64,000 bases of DNA from Podarcis filfolensis (taxonomy: Eukaryota): the NCBI GenBank assembly GCA_964270895.1, contig OZ185446.1; one strand, given 5' to 3'. Made by a program: the position numbers and the translations under genes. The notes below the pieces were generated by a model. That model had not been told where the DNA came from and did not search any database. It saw only the letters and a list, made by a program, of their open reading frames with translations. Positions 12,686-26,431 of this stretch are shown piece by piece. The first letter of the stretch is position 1; each line of letters starts with the position of its first letter.

Positions 12686-12884
12686 TGTGCCTGAAACATA
12701 AAAAGGCAGTCTTTTAAAAAGCTTGGGCCGTTTAAACAACAACAACCATCCATTGTGAGGGAATATAAAAAGTTTTAAATTAAGCACTAAAGGGGTTAAT
12801 TAGAGAGAGTTCCCTTTAACAAAACACTACTTCTAGGTCCCACAGGTGAAATAAATACAGGTACAAAAACTCTTCTACTAAAAT
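12686..12884 (+). repeat. 199-bp direct repeat, copy 1
   Basis: Aligns end to end with 13921-14119, with scattered substitutions. Confidence 0.9.
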
Positions 12885-13500
12885 GTCGTTAGGACTGTAA
12901 AATGAGGGCTTAAAAGAAAAGTACTCTGCTTTGACTAAGAATAATCATATTGGGAGGGGGTAATATAAATACAAGAAAAAAATTAAAAATAGATCAATAT
13001 CACAAAGTGACACAAAAAAACCTCAATTTAATCTATAAGCAACAAGTTATCACTGCAATTTGCATTGTTCGGTTGTGGTTTTTCACCCCCTAGGCTCACA
13101 CACAAGCTGCTTCCCCTCTCTGATTTGAGCCCTTTTCTGCTGTTAAGGCTCCTTGTGTGGGAATGAATATTTGAGAAATGGGGGCATGTTGCCAAGCTCT
13201 GCCCTTGAGCACGTCAGCTCACTACGAGAGGTTGAGGGTGATTGGCTGAAGCAAGAGTTCTAAACCACTCAGGAAGACTCCACAAGTATGGAGGTGCAAT
13301 ATTGGGGGCAGGGCTTCACAGCACAGTCCTACTGTATATTCATTGACACATGAAGAGATTGAACACCAAAGTCGGGCATCTTTCTCCTTCACTTATTGGT
13401 TTCAGAATTGGAAACTCACTTCAAATAATGGAACCTGATCTTTCTTACTTCCTCCTGGTTCCTGGCGTAGTTCTTCCTTGAACCCTTCTTCCTCATTGGG

Positions 13501-13539
13501 ATCTGCCTCGGGTGCCAAAATGTCTTGGACCGCCCCTTG
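13501..13539. mobile_element. Possible isolated hAT-type terminus
   Basis: TCTGCCTCGGGTGCCAAAATGTCTTGGACCGCCCCT resembles right ends of reptile hAT MITEs; no matching left end found. Confidence 0.35.
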
Positions 13540-13920
13540 TGTTCAGTTGTGTTTAGAACATACTTTTTAGGAGAAAGAGCTAGCCTTGATTATTTATGAT
13601 TCATTTTGGAGTTTAGCCTCTAAATAATAACATAATTCCTTGAGAAGGCAGAAATTTCATAACAAAGTTTCTCTTGCTAACTCCAGCTGAAAGCAGAACC
13701 TCAGCTAGTAGCACCAAAGCCTGCTTATCATCTCATTGTAAATTTTGCCAGAAGAATAAGAAAATGGGCAACATTATGGTATTTCTGCTAGGTGAAAGAC
13801 AACATGAGAAAAGGGGATGGAGCTTCACCTGCTTACCCTTTAGTACTTTACCCTTTTGGTACTGGATTGGATGAAATGCTTACTATGTTCTATCATAATT
13901 GCTGTCTTGGCAGTGCTTTT

Positions 13921-14119
13921 TGTGCCTAAAACATAAAAAGGCAGTCTTTTAAAAAGTTTGGGTCATTTAAAAAACAACCACCATCCATTGTGAGGGAATA
14001 TAAAAAGTTTTAAATTCAGCACCAAAGGGGTTAATTAAAGAGAGTCCCCTTTAACAAAACACTTCTTCTAGGCCCCACAGGTGAAATAAATACGGGTACA
14101 AAAACCCTTCTACTAAAAT
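13921..14119 (+). repeat. 199-bp direct repeat, copy 2
   Basis: Aligns with 12686-12884; flanked by TAATTGCTG at 13896-13904 and 14123-14131. Confidence 0.9.
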
Positions 14120-14848
14120 AGCTAATTGCTGCAGTTGCTGTTAATACAGAGATCTGCAAGATTCTTCAAACAGTTACGTGTAAGTAAAAAGTTGTTTCTT
14201 TTCCTCATTCAGTCTGGTTTCATTTTTATCCTTCTCTGCAATTGAGTTTTTTTCTTATAGCTGTTGCAGTATACAGATGCTTCCAATGATATGATTTCTG
14301 CCTTTGCAAGCATGTGTGTCATGGTTTCATAGGGCTGTTCTTTCTGGTAGTCATATATATAATGAAAAACTTTGTTATTTATGTGCTAACAAACAGGCAT
14401 AATCTTTGGAAAGGTATTCATAAATTTTTAGTCTCATTATTCCATATAAAAGGAGATGCAGCAGAGAGAGTAGATGCTAAATAGTTTGTAGGCTTGTTTA
14501 ACAAATAGGTTATATAACACTAAGCCATATATTATTTGGTATTGTGCTTATATTTATTGCTTCAGTTTGGCATTTGTGCTGTACTTTACTGGTTATTGCT
14601 GTATCACTTTTTCACACAATCCCAAATGTGGATATTGCCAGTCATAATTACTTTTATGGGGGTGGGTGGTACACCCTGTCCCACCATGTCCTTGTTGATC
14701 TATTACTATGATATCTGATGGGGTGTCCATACATTCAGTAACTGTTTGATAAGGTATTGATGTAAGTGTAAAAAATGGTTGGGATACATTATTCTTTTTA
14801 ATAAAAAATTCTGACTATTTTTGATTAGCACAATGATACCATTTAAAG

Positions 14849-15299
14849 CAATGGTTCTCAAACATTCATCCTTTGGGCCACACTTTCAGAATAAAAAATT
14901 GATTGTGCCACACCAAAAAATTTAATTGGTAAGAAATACATTGGAAAACAGAAAGAAACTACTCTTAGCAGTACTTGATTTATAACATAGGACACAGCTA
15001 CTTTATAATATGATCATGGGGCATCCAGAAAGTGTAAAATAATGCAGCTACATAAGAACATGAATCCTTCCCAAAACGTAATTATAAACAATCCTCCTAC
15101 CTTAAGTTGATGAGAGGTGTGAACTTGCTTTCGTTGGCTAATCTCATTTATATTAGCTTTAATTTGAAACAAACTCTCATCTCATCAGCACGAATGAAAT
15201 GTTTAAATGTTTCATTGATTGTCCTTGAATCTTCCCGCCACACTTGCCATTCTCTCCTGCCACATGAGTGTGGTGTGCCACACTTTTTGACAACCACCA
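14849..15299. mobile_element. hAT-Charlie-like non-autonomous element
   Basis: TIRs CAATGGTTCTCAAA / TTTGACAACCACCA; 8-bp TSD ATTTAAAG (14841-48) vs ATTTAGAG (15300-07). Confidence 0.7.
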
Positions 15300-15969
15300 A
15301 TTTAGAGAACTCTAAATCTTGTTTTGCAGCTACTTTTTTATTGGTAGCTGCAAAAAGTTAACAGCAAGGTGTTGCAAAAATGAGGGTGTATGTGCGACAC
15401 AAGAATAGTTTAACTTTGTCTGGTATAATGCACTAGCAGAGAAATTGAAGTTTTCAGATGGCCAGACTGTGAAGACAATTTTGTGGGCAAGTGGTATGGT
15501 TTTACTGAATGTTTGAAAGGACCAAATACCCATAACACCTTTCTCCAAACATGGTATGCTATGGAATGGTATCTTGGGATGAAGTGAAAGCCTGAAAGGG
15601 TATATTATCTGTAGCCATCTATCAAATCTGAATGTATAACATATCACATGTTGTACTACTGCTTTAAAAACAGCAACCACCCCACAAAAAAACACATGAT
15701 ACAATAAGTACAGAGAATTGGTAGCAGTTTTCTTGCCAATCTAATCCGCATTGCTCCAGAAGGCTGAAAAAAGAAAGTGCCTGTTGTGCCCTAGCTAGCT
15801 TTGAATAGATGCAGGTGACTTGAAGGAACCCACTACACTTGTGCAAAATTCTTGGAGGCTGGTCAGAATTCAAGCTCTTTAATGGAAAGCTGAGCCCTAT
15901 TCACCCATGTCTTTGCTTTTCCTAGTCATTCCAACCAAAAAGTCCTCCTCATTTGTAGATACTTTAAAG

Positions 15970-16084
15970 CAGACTTCCCTAATGTGGTGCCCCACAAATG
16001 TTTTGAACCACAGCAGCCCTGCTGACTAGGCCTGATAAGATCTAAGCCAAAACATGGAAGATGGCACCAGGCTGGGGAAGGCTG
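15970..16084. mobile_element. Short hAT-type MITE, degenerate
   Basis: CAGACTTCCCTAATGTGGTGCCCC ... GGCACCAGGCTGGGGAAGGCTG inverted termini. Confidence 0.65.
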
Positions 16085-18703
16085 ACCTGAAGAATACCGA
16101 CTCTCAGTACAGACCCTTGTGGAGCCACACAGTTTATCTCTGACAACTCTCAATTTACTCACTTTTTGGTTTTCCTGTCATTTTAACAGTTCCCAATATA
16201 ATTTTTTTATATAACAGAATCTAAGTTATTCCATAGCTACTAAGTTTTATGTGTCTGGCAAAGAACTTGGTCAGAAACAGAATATCTACCATACATACCT
16301 CTGTCTGCCAAAACCTAAACTTTTAAGGAACATGTTCTGGTTAAAGGTATGTTGATGTTCTTTCAGCATGGCTGCTTTTCCACATCCTTAATTCTGTTTA
16401 TAAAAATCTTTCTTACCATTTCTAGACAGATGATTGGTCAATTTGTTCATATTAAGTGATTCTGGAAATCTTGTAACTACATAGTACAAAAGCTGACTCT
16501 AAACATGTTGGTTTTCTGAATAGTTGAAAACTTACAACAACTTTAGAGAATGCAATTGAGGCTTGGATGACTACTGTGATATATTATTCAAGAAAAATGA
16601 ATTGGGTTTGATATTTCTTGATATTTTGTAATAAAGATGCAACAAATTCATTGTTTTGCTATAATTTCTTCCCTTATAACTTTGCCAGTTACCAGTTTTA
16701 CTGCTTTTCTGGCCAGCTTCTGATGTACTTAAATAATATTCATTGTGTAAATAAATAGTACATAAAGAGCAACATAGCATTCAGTACCTTATGCTGAAAT
16801 AGTCAGATAGTTAGAAGGAGACAACATGTGTAGTTATAGTAAGTCATAGACTTACATGTAACAAATGTGTGCTCCCCTTTGGGCTTGTTTCCATAACCTA
16901 GTAAAATAAAATGTGTCTGCAAGGTGGCATTCCTTTACCTACTTACCTGTCAGTAATCCCCATTAAACTAAATGAGTTTAATGTACTCTACTCCTGAGTA
17001 GACAGGAGTGTGCTCCAGTGAGTGTGCTCCCAAGTAGGCTTCTCATTGGCTTGTTCTCAAAACTTTTAACATTATTGTTGAAGACAAGTAAAACATATCT
17101 GGGAGACAGTAAAGCATGTCTGCAATATTTTTCCTGAAAGGATTGATAGAGCAGCAGTGTCATCTAGCTTATTTAAGTTGTTAATGGTTTATGGCTGTGT
17201 GCAGCAGCTTCATGCACAAGTGTATAGGAGAATCGTATGTCAGGCCCTGAACTTTGTCCTGAGTTCCTGTGTGCTTCTGAAAAGTGTTATTTGTATCATT
17301 CTGCAGTGACCCCCTCTGGCTGGCAGGCATAAAAGCAGCCATATCTAATTCACTTTCTCTCCCCCCTCCCCTTAATGTAAGGATCCTAAAACAGAAACAT
17401 CATATTTTTTACTTCCTTCAGAAATAATATTTTCACTTAGTGGTGTTTATATTTGAGTAAAAGTTTCAGAATGTAGAAAGATTTCCATTACAGTGTTGTC
17501 TGTTTTTCTTTAAAATGGCATTTGAATAGTTTTTATCAAATACTAGACAAAACTAAGCAAAATCCTATTTCATTGTCATTATGACTGGGGACTTTGGGGT
17601 GGAAGAGAAGAATTTACTGCCAGAGGGAAAATTCCACACAACATGTGACTCTACTAGAAGAACAAAGGAATCATAGTTGCTCATAGTGGTAGTATTTTGC
17701 CCAATTAAAATCTTTACTTTTTAATAAACTGATTTCAGTAATGCAGGCCTCCTGTATAAATACGGTTTAGCAAGGTTGACAGACAGTTGCATGATTTTGT
17801 GCACACTGCTGCATGCTGAGACAACTGCTTCAATGTTTCAGTCCAGCAGTAAATGCTTTCTGCCTTCGAGCTGAAGCTTATTTAGTTGGGCTTATCTGGT
17901 GCTGCTGTAGCAACCATCAGTCTCCAGGCAACTGAGGCACATTGACCTCTTCGATGAACTGAGTGTAGCACTACTTCAGTTTAGCTTCCTGAGACAATAG
18001 TAATGGCAGTGAATGTGAAAAATGGTTTTTTGTGTGCGTGTTTTGGTAAGAGCCTACATTGCGATGAAAAGATGTCAAAATACTTCCGTGAATTTTGATA
18101 TAACTTTGGAAAGATTGTGTGCAAAACCTTTCACAGGAGTGGCCAAAGTTCACTGATAGTGCAAAGCCCTTATATAAATATACTGTGAATTTTGAGCATT
18201 TTTGTACAGAACAGTGTTTGAAATTGACTAGTGTGCATTATGGGGCAATTGACTATGTTGTGTTAGGCTTTTTTAGCAATATGCCATGCCATTGCCTGAC
18301 TATAATCTTGCTTGCTTGCTTAAAAAATGTACACCAGTGATTATCTGACTTCGCCAAAGTTCTTGCTGGAGAGTGAGCGGTATTGTAATAGCAGTGTCTT
18401 CACAGTATATGCGTTTGGCTGGAGGACAGAAAGCTTTGAAGCCACATTCAACATAAAGTTGTATCTCCACTTGATCCTAGACATACTCTCCTGTTCTGTT
18501 TGGGTTTTCAATAATCAGAGGGCTAGTATCTGGCAGGTATCTTTTGTCTTTTAACAGTAAATATTAAAAATGTTGGAAAAAAGGTATCAGATAATTTAGA
18601 AGACAAGTTAAGCTATTTTGTAGCTAATGATTAGATAGTACTGATTAGAGCACTTTACATCTAGTGACTTATGGCTAGATGTGGCTTATATTATAAGTAA
18701 CTA

Positions 18704-18924
18704 CAGTGGTACCTCGGTTTATGAACTTAGTCCATTCCGGAAGTCCGTTCTTAAACCAGAGGCTTTCCCTAATGAGGCCTCCCGCTGCCGGTGCCCTTCC
18801 ACCGTTTGGATTCCATTCTTAGACTGAGGTAAAGTTTTCAAACCAAGACACTATTTCCGGTTTTGCAGAGTTTGTAAACCAAATCGTTCTTAAACCAGAC
18901 TGTTCTTAAACCGAAGTATCACTG
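18704..18924. mobile_element. Tigger/pogo-like MITE
   Basis: TA|CAGTGGTACCTCGGTT ... AACCGAAGTATCACTG|TA. Confidence 0.85.
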
Positions 18925-19054
18925 TATATGGCTACATGTTGTTTTCTGTGGGAAATACAGAGTGTTCTTAAAATGGACATCAGCTTTCCCTCTTTTTTGA
19001 TATTTAAATTTTCAGTAATGTTAAATAAACTAAGATTGATTTGTCTGTATAAAG

Positions 19055-19178
19055 CAGAGGAGATTGTGGCCCTCCAGGTGTTGCTGGACTACAACTTGCA
19101 TCATCCCACCTATTGACCACACTGCCTGGGGCTGATGGGAGTCCCAACATCTGGAGGACCACAGATTGTTTATCCCTG
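19055..19178. mobile_element. Short hAT-type MITE
   Basis: TGTGGCCCTCCAGGTGTTG...GGACTACAAC ... GGGAGTCCCAACATCTGGAGGACCACA palindromic arms; ends ATCCCTG. Confidence 0.7.
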
Positions 19179-22100
19179 CTATAGCTATGATTTAACAGCA
19201 AATTGCCCTTTGTAAACCCTGTGTAAAATGAACAGCACTTGTGAAAAAAATCATAAATACCAACAGGATATCAGACATTTTTGAGTGTTTTTGTTGAAAC
19301 AACTTCCACTAGAAGAGGGAACAAAAATTGCACTTCTCATCTTAGAGAGGCGAAGAATCTCCAATTAAAATTACAGTGGTTAAGTTTTTTAAAGTGCATC
19401 TATATGGAGAATATATTTCCATTTTAGCTTCGGCAAAAATATATTTGATAATCTTTGTATCCCCTTTTCCAAATTCCGTTAAAAAAGAATTAAAAAAGAA
19501 AAGAAAATATTTCCGGTTTGAAGCAAATAGTGATGCTGTTCTTCATTTAATTTTAAAGTATGGAAATAATTGTGACCCTCAACAATTATTAACAAAAAAA
19601 TTAATTTGCAAGAGGGGTATTTATTAGATATAAACTGATTTTACAAAGCAGCTTTGGAATTGGTGGCTCAGGCCTTTCTTGTTGTCCTATCATGAATGAA
19701 GGAGAGTTCAGTAATGGTTTAAGTACAATTAAATCCCTCCCCCTTCTTTATGGAAACTCAACTGTGGGCATTTCAGCATTAGCCTAAACAATGGTTTTGA
19801 ATATGTTAAGCCCCTAACAATTAGAGTGAAGTTTGGGGCATTGAATAATGTCGGAATGATGCAATTGAACCTGACAGCTTCAACAGTCAGCCTACTCATG
19901 GGACCTGAAAGTTGTTCACACTTGGTTTCATCTCTCATCACACGCTGAGTATTAAAACCTTAGTCGTGGGGAGCTTAGACAGGAATGGGGGCTGTATCAG
20001 AAAATACTAAATATCCTAAAAGTTGAGGTGACTGGGTGCTTGTGCTTGATTTTTAAGACTATAGGGGTTCTGTCATATTTACAAAAAAGTGTTCTGCCAG
20101 GTTTTATTCTAACATACTGATTTTCTTAAAATTTAAGGACACATCATGTGGTATTTGCTAGTTATAAAAGTAACTACTAATAAAATCTTAGGGCATGGCC
20201 CACTGTCCTGTTGGTACAGTTCCTATGTGCATAGGGTGTCTGTTCACAATGGACACCCATTCATCTTGCCCCTACTCTTAACCTGCATGTACAACACAAT
20301 AGGCTTTTTGAGCATGAGTAACCTGCCCTGACCAGAGAGGAAGGGCAGGATGGGAGTATGGAAGGCAAACACAGACCTACCATCTCCTTGACTGGCTGCC
20401 TGTGCATGCATGTAGTCAGGGGAGGGGGGGGAAATAAGGCTCTCTTGAGCCTATGGAAATTGTTTGTACATGGGCACAGCGTATGAGGTGCTCTGGATTA
20501 TCCCTCATGTCATTAAGCAAATAATTCTAAATAGGTAATGGCTTATTTAAAACATTGACTTACCCAGTTTGCTTTTCTGTTTCATGCAACACAGAGACTA
20601 GGTATATGTCTCTGTATTGCCTTTAATCAGAACATTAAAATGATATTTTTATAAGGTATACCTTCCACGATCTGCTGCTGTTTTTAGTACATTGCATTAC
20701 CTATAGATAAAAGGCATTTTGTAAGTGTCCAGAATCTGTGTGCTGAAACATCTTTAAAGTTAAGTTTCACATGGATAGAAAGTGCATTTCAGTCTTGAGT
20801 TGATGTTTCTGATTAAACTGAGTTAGCTGAAGTAAAGTGAAATGCAGTTTCAGAACTGCATATTGGTACATGTTTGAACCCATTATCTTAAACGTATTGA
20901 TAGGATGAGTCTGCCTTTTAAAGAAACGCTTCTTCAGTGTTTTTCAACTTCAAGTGAAACATGATTCTTTTACTTCACCTTTAAACAATGCAGCAATGGA
21001 ATACTTTACTTTCCTGTCCAAATTAAGTTCCTATATAAATAGTAATCCTGCCTCTAATTTCTTTTTCCCCCTGACAGTGTTTTGGTTCATGATATACTTC
21101 CCAATTAATGACCAATTTGATTAAAACAGCTTTTATGGCAATTTAGGAATAATATTTGAAATATAATGTGTACATGTCTGGGAACTATAAAATATTGCAA
21201 AATGTTGAATTTGAATGGGTCTAAATTTGTGTGTGTGTGTGTAGTAAAAAAAAAGGTTTCGCTTTTCAAATGTTCAAAAATATTATTTTCTTTTGTCCTG
21301 TTTTAGTGGGTGGGTTGGATAGCTACCATGGTTGGAAAGGTACCAGCAATTTTTGCATGTTTGGCAAGATGAGATAAAAAACCTACTACTTGCAGCTAAA
21401 TCTCTGTGAAATCAATGGATAGGATCCAAAGAACAACACTCCTAATTATGTGTTCAAGGAGCTTGTGTTTCTTGAGCAGTTCCTTGTTCAGTATAGCAAA
21501 CTACTTCTGAAAGGGCTGGGTCTCAAAAGCAGTTTGTGTTATAGCATGGGGTCTTGCTGTTCCATGTGTGGGGAGTCAAAAACCTTACTGGGCTTGTCAG
21601 AAATTATCTCTGTGGATTTTTGCCAGTGGATCTGTTGTCCAAGGGCTATGTCTAGAATCAGCACAGGAAAATGCATGCGTCAAAAAAGTTAGATTTGGAT
21701 GGGGAAGCAACTAAGTGCTCATTATTCTCTGCTTTTCACCAGTGCGTTTTATTGTATTGGAAATGGGCATAGTACTTTTATTGTGCTAGGAGGAATAATG
21801 AGTTAAGTGCAAAGACTTGCATTTTTTTGTATAAATTCTGCAAATTATCGGGGACTTGCCTTCTTATTGCATTTTAATCCTTAGGACCTTTTGGGAGAGT
21901 AATTAAGAGGACAGTAAATGAATTAGGACTTGGGCAAAACCTACAAAGTATTTTTATTTTGTGTAATTCCAGCTTTCTTAAGAATATTGTTTGCATGTAT
22001 ATGATTATACAAATGAATTCAAAATTGCTCTTCTAATCCATAATTCAACTCCATGAATATTCACTGAGTACTGCATCGAGTGGCAACTTGTGTGTGTGAA

Positions 22101-22282
22101 TGAGCCATCACTGAACAGCTACCACAGTGAGAACTTTCTCATTCATACTTAATTTGGGCTGCCATTTAGTGCGTAATCTTCACAAGGTAGCTTGCATAAT
22201 ATAATTAAATTAAAAACAGCAGTATTAAAAATGATCTAAGAAAATTAAAAAAACAAGTAGCGTAAAACCAAACACCTTTAAT

Positions 22283-22629
22283 CAGGAGTTCCCAAACTGT
22301 TTTCTGTGGATCACTAGTGATCCATGAGCCTCACTTGGGTGGTCCATGGCATGCCAGTATTAAATATCCATATTGATTTTAATTATATATTTTTATTGCT
22401 TGTTTTATTCCTTATACTATACTTTAAGGTATTACAATTTCAGTTATATGGAATGCAAATTAAAATACAATACAAGAATTAAAAGAAGCAATAAAAATAC
22501 AATTAAAAATCGTACAGCATCTAGCAAAGTGCATCACAATTGCTACAACAGGCAGAAAAATCATTAAGTCCACCAAGACCCTCACCAATTTTCAAGTGGC
22601 CTGTAGAGGAAAGAAATTGGGAAGTGCTG
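22283..22629. mobile_element. hAT-Charlie-like non-autonomous element
   Basis: TIRs CAGGAGTTCCCAAACT / AAATTGGGAAGTGCTG; imperfect 8-bp TSD CCTTTAAT vs CCTTAAAC; AT-rich interior. Confidence 0.65.
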
Positions 22630-22996
22630 CCTTAAACCATTTTACAGCAGCACACCAAAAGATCTATGTTGCCCCGGTTCTTTTCAATAGAGCCATTTCA
22701 CACATTCAGCTGCAAATAATCTAGTTGGCAGTCTTAAGTATTCTTGCCAGGAAGTCTGTCACTGATTGAACTTTAAGGATTGAACTGTAAGCACAGAGCC
22801 ATCAAGTGATGCCAGTGATTGTATGAATTGGACTAAGTAGCTCATTCCTTTTTGCTTATCTCTAACATGTTAAAATGTTCGAAGGATTCAGCCCTTATGA
22901 TTCTTACAGAATGATAGGAATTGCCTGCGCTCTGGATTTAGCCAGTGTTATGCCACAAATTAGTAATGAAAATTCAGTATTTCATATGTATCTTCT

Positions 22997-23059
22997 CCTT
23001 GGTATTTTGTGCAAAATATTTTTTTCCTTGGTATTTTGTGCAAAATATATTTTTTCCTT
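22997..23059. repeat. Tandem duplication of a ~29-30 bp unit
   Basis: CCTTGGTATTTTGTGCAAAATA(T)TTTTTT occurs twice. Confidence 0.85.
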
Positions 23060-25024
23060 CGTTTTGGGTTTTGACTTACTTTCTGATGGTTCCCCGTAAA
23101 AATATTCTATTCTGGTAGCAGATAAAGCATTGGACAATATCCAGCTGAGTCATCGCTTGAATTAGACCCATTGAAATAAATGGACTAAAGTCATTTATTT
23201 CAATACGTCTACCCTAATAATGAACATCATCCAATGCATTAAATCACCAAATTTTCAAGTGTGTGTGTGTGATTTCTTGTCAGTGCTTTGCTTGCACATG
23301 AAAATAGAAAAACTCAAAGAGTGGCTTTGGGGCACAATTTTCCCTTGGTTTATAAGCAAGGGCTATTGACTTTCTTTTGAAATAGTTGATAAATGTATAC
23401 ATTTGTAGAAGCTTAACACGTTGGCTGGAGGCCAAAGCCTAATAGCAGAGTAAGATTCTTTTAAAGATGCAGCTTATACTTTGTAATATTTTGCTTATAG
23501 TATTTATGTTGTGTGCAGCTAGTCAACCTTCTTTTAAATGGGGGACAAGCTGTCCAATTTCAGTATTTAAAAAATCTGTTGATCTTAATGTTAAGCACAA
23601 GTTTAACTATACCATTGAATTCAATGGGTTGTGTTGTACAATCTCAAGTATGCTTATGAGAAAGTAATTTTCCAGTGGGGCTTACTTCCTAGTAAGTGTG
23701 CTTGTGATCAGACACTTAACTTTGGCTGGATTACACCTTAAAATTTAATTTCTTCTTCAAAAACAAATTTTCATGTTTTTTGAGTTTAAATTAAAACTAT
23801 TTATAATTTTTAAGTGTTTAACTTTCTCTGCGTCAATACCATGAGGCTGAAATCTAGAATATATTCTTCTTAAAAGCAATTCTCTGAAGAACTGGTAGCA
23901 GTTCACCAAGCTTCCAAATTGAGTATTAAATGAGTTATGTTAGTAGATAGTAACAGAGTTAAGGGAAGAAGGTATTTTTATTATGCCGGATTAGACAAAA
24001 GTTCTGCCAGCCTCCTCAGTTTTATCTCTTCAAGGGTTCATTTTGCTTGTTTGGCACAAGTCCCAGCGGAGAACTTCAGAATTGTGGTTAGCAACATGAA
24101 TGAATACAATTTTGGATGAGCTCTTCAGTAAGTTGAACTGGCCAGCTGCCAAAACTGAACTTCCTTATAAGGGGGTTGGGGCAGAGCTGTGGTTCACGGA
24201 GCCCAACGTTGTATAGAAACGTACTTGTAATGGCTGTGTTTTCTGTAAAATAAAACAAAAACAAAAACTTGGTTTCCTCGTGTAAATGAAATAGGAAGTA
24301 ACCAAATAGTGTTCAGGTTTTACTAATGATAGAGCACAACAAAGGAAATATGACTCTATGCGGTTAAACTATAAAGCTGGAAGTTGGATCTTTTGACCTT
24401 CATTGCCTTCTTGTGATGTAAGGAACCCAAGCATTTGTGAGACATCTGTTGTCTACCTGCCCTTATTCTGTAAATGGTTTAATAAGATTAAATAATTAGG
24501 AAAACCACATGGTCACCATGCAGCCAAGCCCTGGTATTGCCTGCGTCCTTTGGAAATGTGAGCAATTCTGTGTTACCCAACATTTTGTAGCAGTTACTTT
24601 GAAATGGTAGCTCATGCCATTTCTGGTGCGGATTAGTTTGGATGTTGCAGTGCTCTACAGCGGTGTTTTCCAAAGTGTGATACATGTATCCCCAGGAATG
24701 TGTGTGCAAGGCTTACGGCAGAATTCTTTTATTTGACTTTCTTGTTGTTTTTTAGCTTTCAAAAATATGTATTGTTAAAACTACCCCCAAATCATCTGTC
24801 CCGCTATTATTTTAAGTTTGGGAAACACTCTTCTACAGTATCATAAAGTTGGAAATGTTTGTTTAGTTTTCAAATATATTTATTTGGTTCTAAGCCTGAT
24901 TTGAAGACTGTACGTGTGTGATATTCTTGACTGCCTGTGTTGAGTTTGTGACACTTTCAGGTGATGCCTTGTTAGGTTTTTCTCTGCAAAAGTATAAACA
25001 TATTTTAATTTTATTTTTGTATAG

Positions 25025-25142
25025 GCAAATACCCTACCTGGATCTTCCCTCAGCCTGCCTCCATCTCATACGTATGGCAATAGGCTGAACCCCACCTCAA
25101 CAATGGGAGCACTTACATCTCAGTCTGAAAACAGTCAAACAG
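25025..25142 (+). CDS. MLLT10: MLLT10 exon (phase 0-1), GC donor
   Basis: tttttgtatAG| acceptor; ANTLPGSSLSLPPSHTYGNRLNPTSTMGALTSQSENSQT; ends ACAG|GCAAGA. Too short for the ORF track; found by translation. Confidence 0.9.
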
Positions 25143-26431
25143 GCAAGATAAAGATTTTCAAAATGTCTCTTTTGCACCGTATCTTTTAAAAGGATATTTT
25201 TTAGCTAATTCCTTCTTGCTTTTGGTTCAGCTGCATGTTTAACAGCTTGCTGCATTTTGGAAACGAATGCTGCTTTACTGCAGAAGTCATTGCTGTGTAT
25301 CTTCCACTGTCTGAAATGTAAATGTTTAAGCAGAGCCATGAGCAGGCAGGAATGCAACAATGTCTCCTGTGACTTTTGTGATTGATGCGTTCAGTTCTCT
25401 TAGTTCTCTGCAATGAGGGGAGAGCAGCGCCGGGGTTTGTTGTGAATAGTTTAAACCTTTATTTGCATAATTCATGAAATTGCACGATATACAAGTTTGT
25501 GTGACCGAGATCCTGTTACGCAAACTTTCGCAGTGTTTTTAAAAATGACGATTTTTTTTTTAATAGTATTGGCTTAAAAAGGAAAAAAAAATCTAATGAG
25601 CTGCTGGATTTGCTTTGTTTCATTCCATCCTTAAGGATTTGTTGACATGTCGTAATAGTCATGCCTGTTTGGGGGAAGGGAATGAGTTTAGCAGTTTACC
25701 AAGAATGGATCAGTCATGTCTTGCCCTCTAAGAGGCCAGAGGTCACTTGCTGCAGAATAGGGGGAGGGCAACCTTGAAGGGGGCAGATAGGGTTATTTTA
25801 TTGAGAGGCCATAGGGAAAAATAACCCTTTTGAGTCCAAGCAAGACGCTTCCATGTATTTAATGATACATTTTAAACACATCTCATATTCTCCATATTCC
25901 TTTTTCTTCACTTTTAAAGTAATGGGCATTAACTTTTTTTAGAAAAATAATGTATGCTTTAACATTTGTTAGTGGAACTTCTGGGGGAAAAAAGTTACTG
26001 ATAAGAAGTAAATATACAGGGCGGTTTATGGGTTTTCCTGGGATGCAAAGTGTTAACAAAAATACAAAGCCTGGGGATTTGCTGTGATAAGCATACAGAT
26101 TAGCTGTCCACAGCTGTGATTCATTACTTTCGCTGCAGAAATTAAAAGTGGCTGAGGGGAGGGTACTGGAAATGCAAGCCATGCTTCTGTGCTATAAAAC
26201 TGAAAGCAATGAAAGGACTGAGGCTAATCCTTGGCCTGCTACGCTCAGAGAAATGTGTGCGGACAATGCCTTCCCCACTGCAGTTAGCAGTTTTAAACTG
26301 GTAACCTTCTCTAGTGTTACTAGCAACTCCCAGATACTGGATTACATTTTGAAAGGATCTCCCTATCTGCAGCATCTTAAAATATTATCTCGGAAAGAGT
26401 CACTCTTGGCTTTGAAATATTTACTCTGCAG

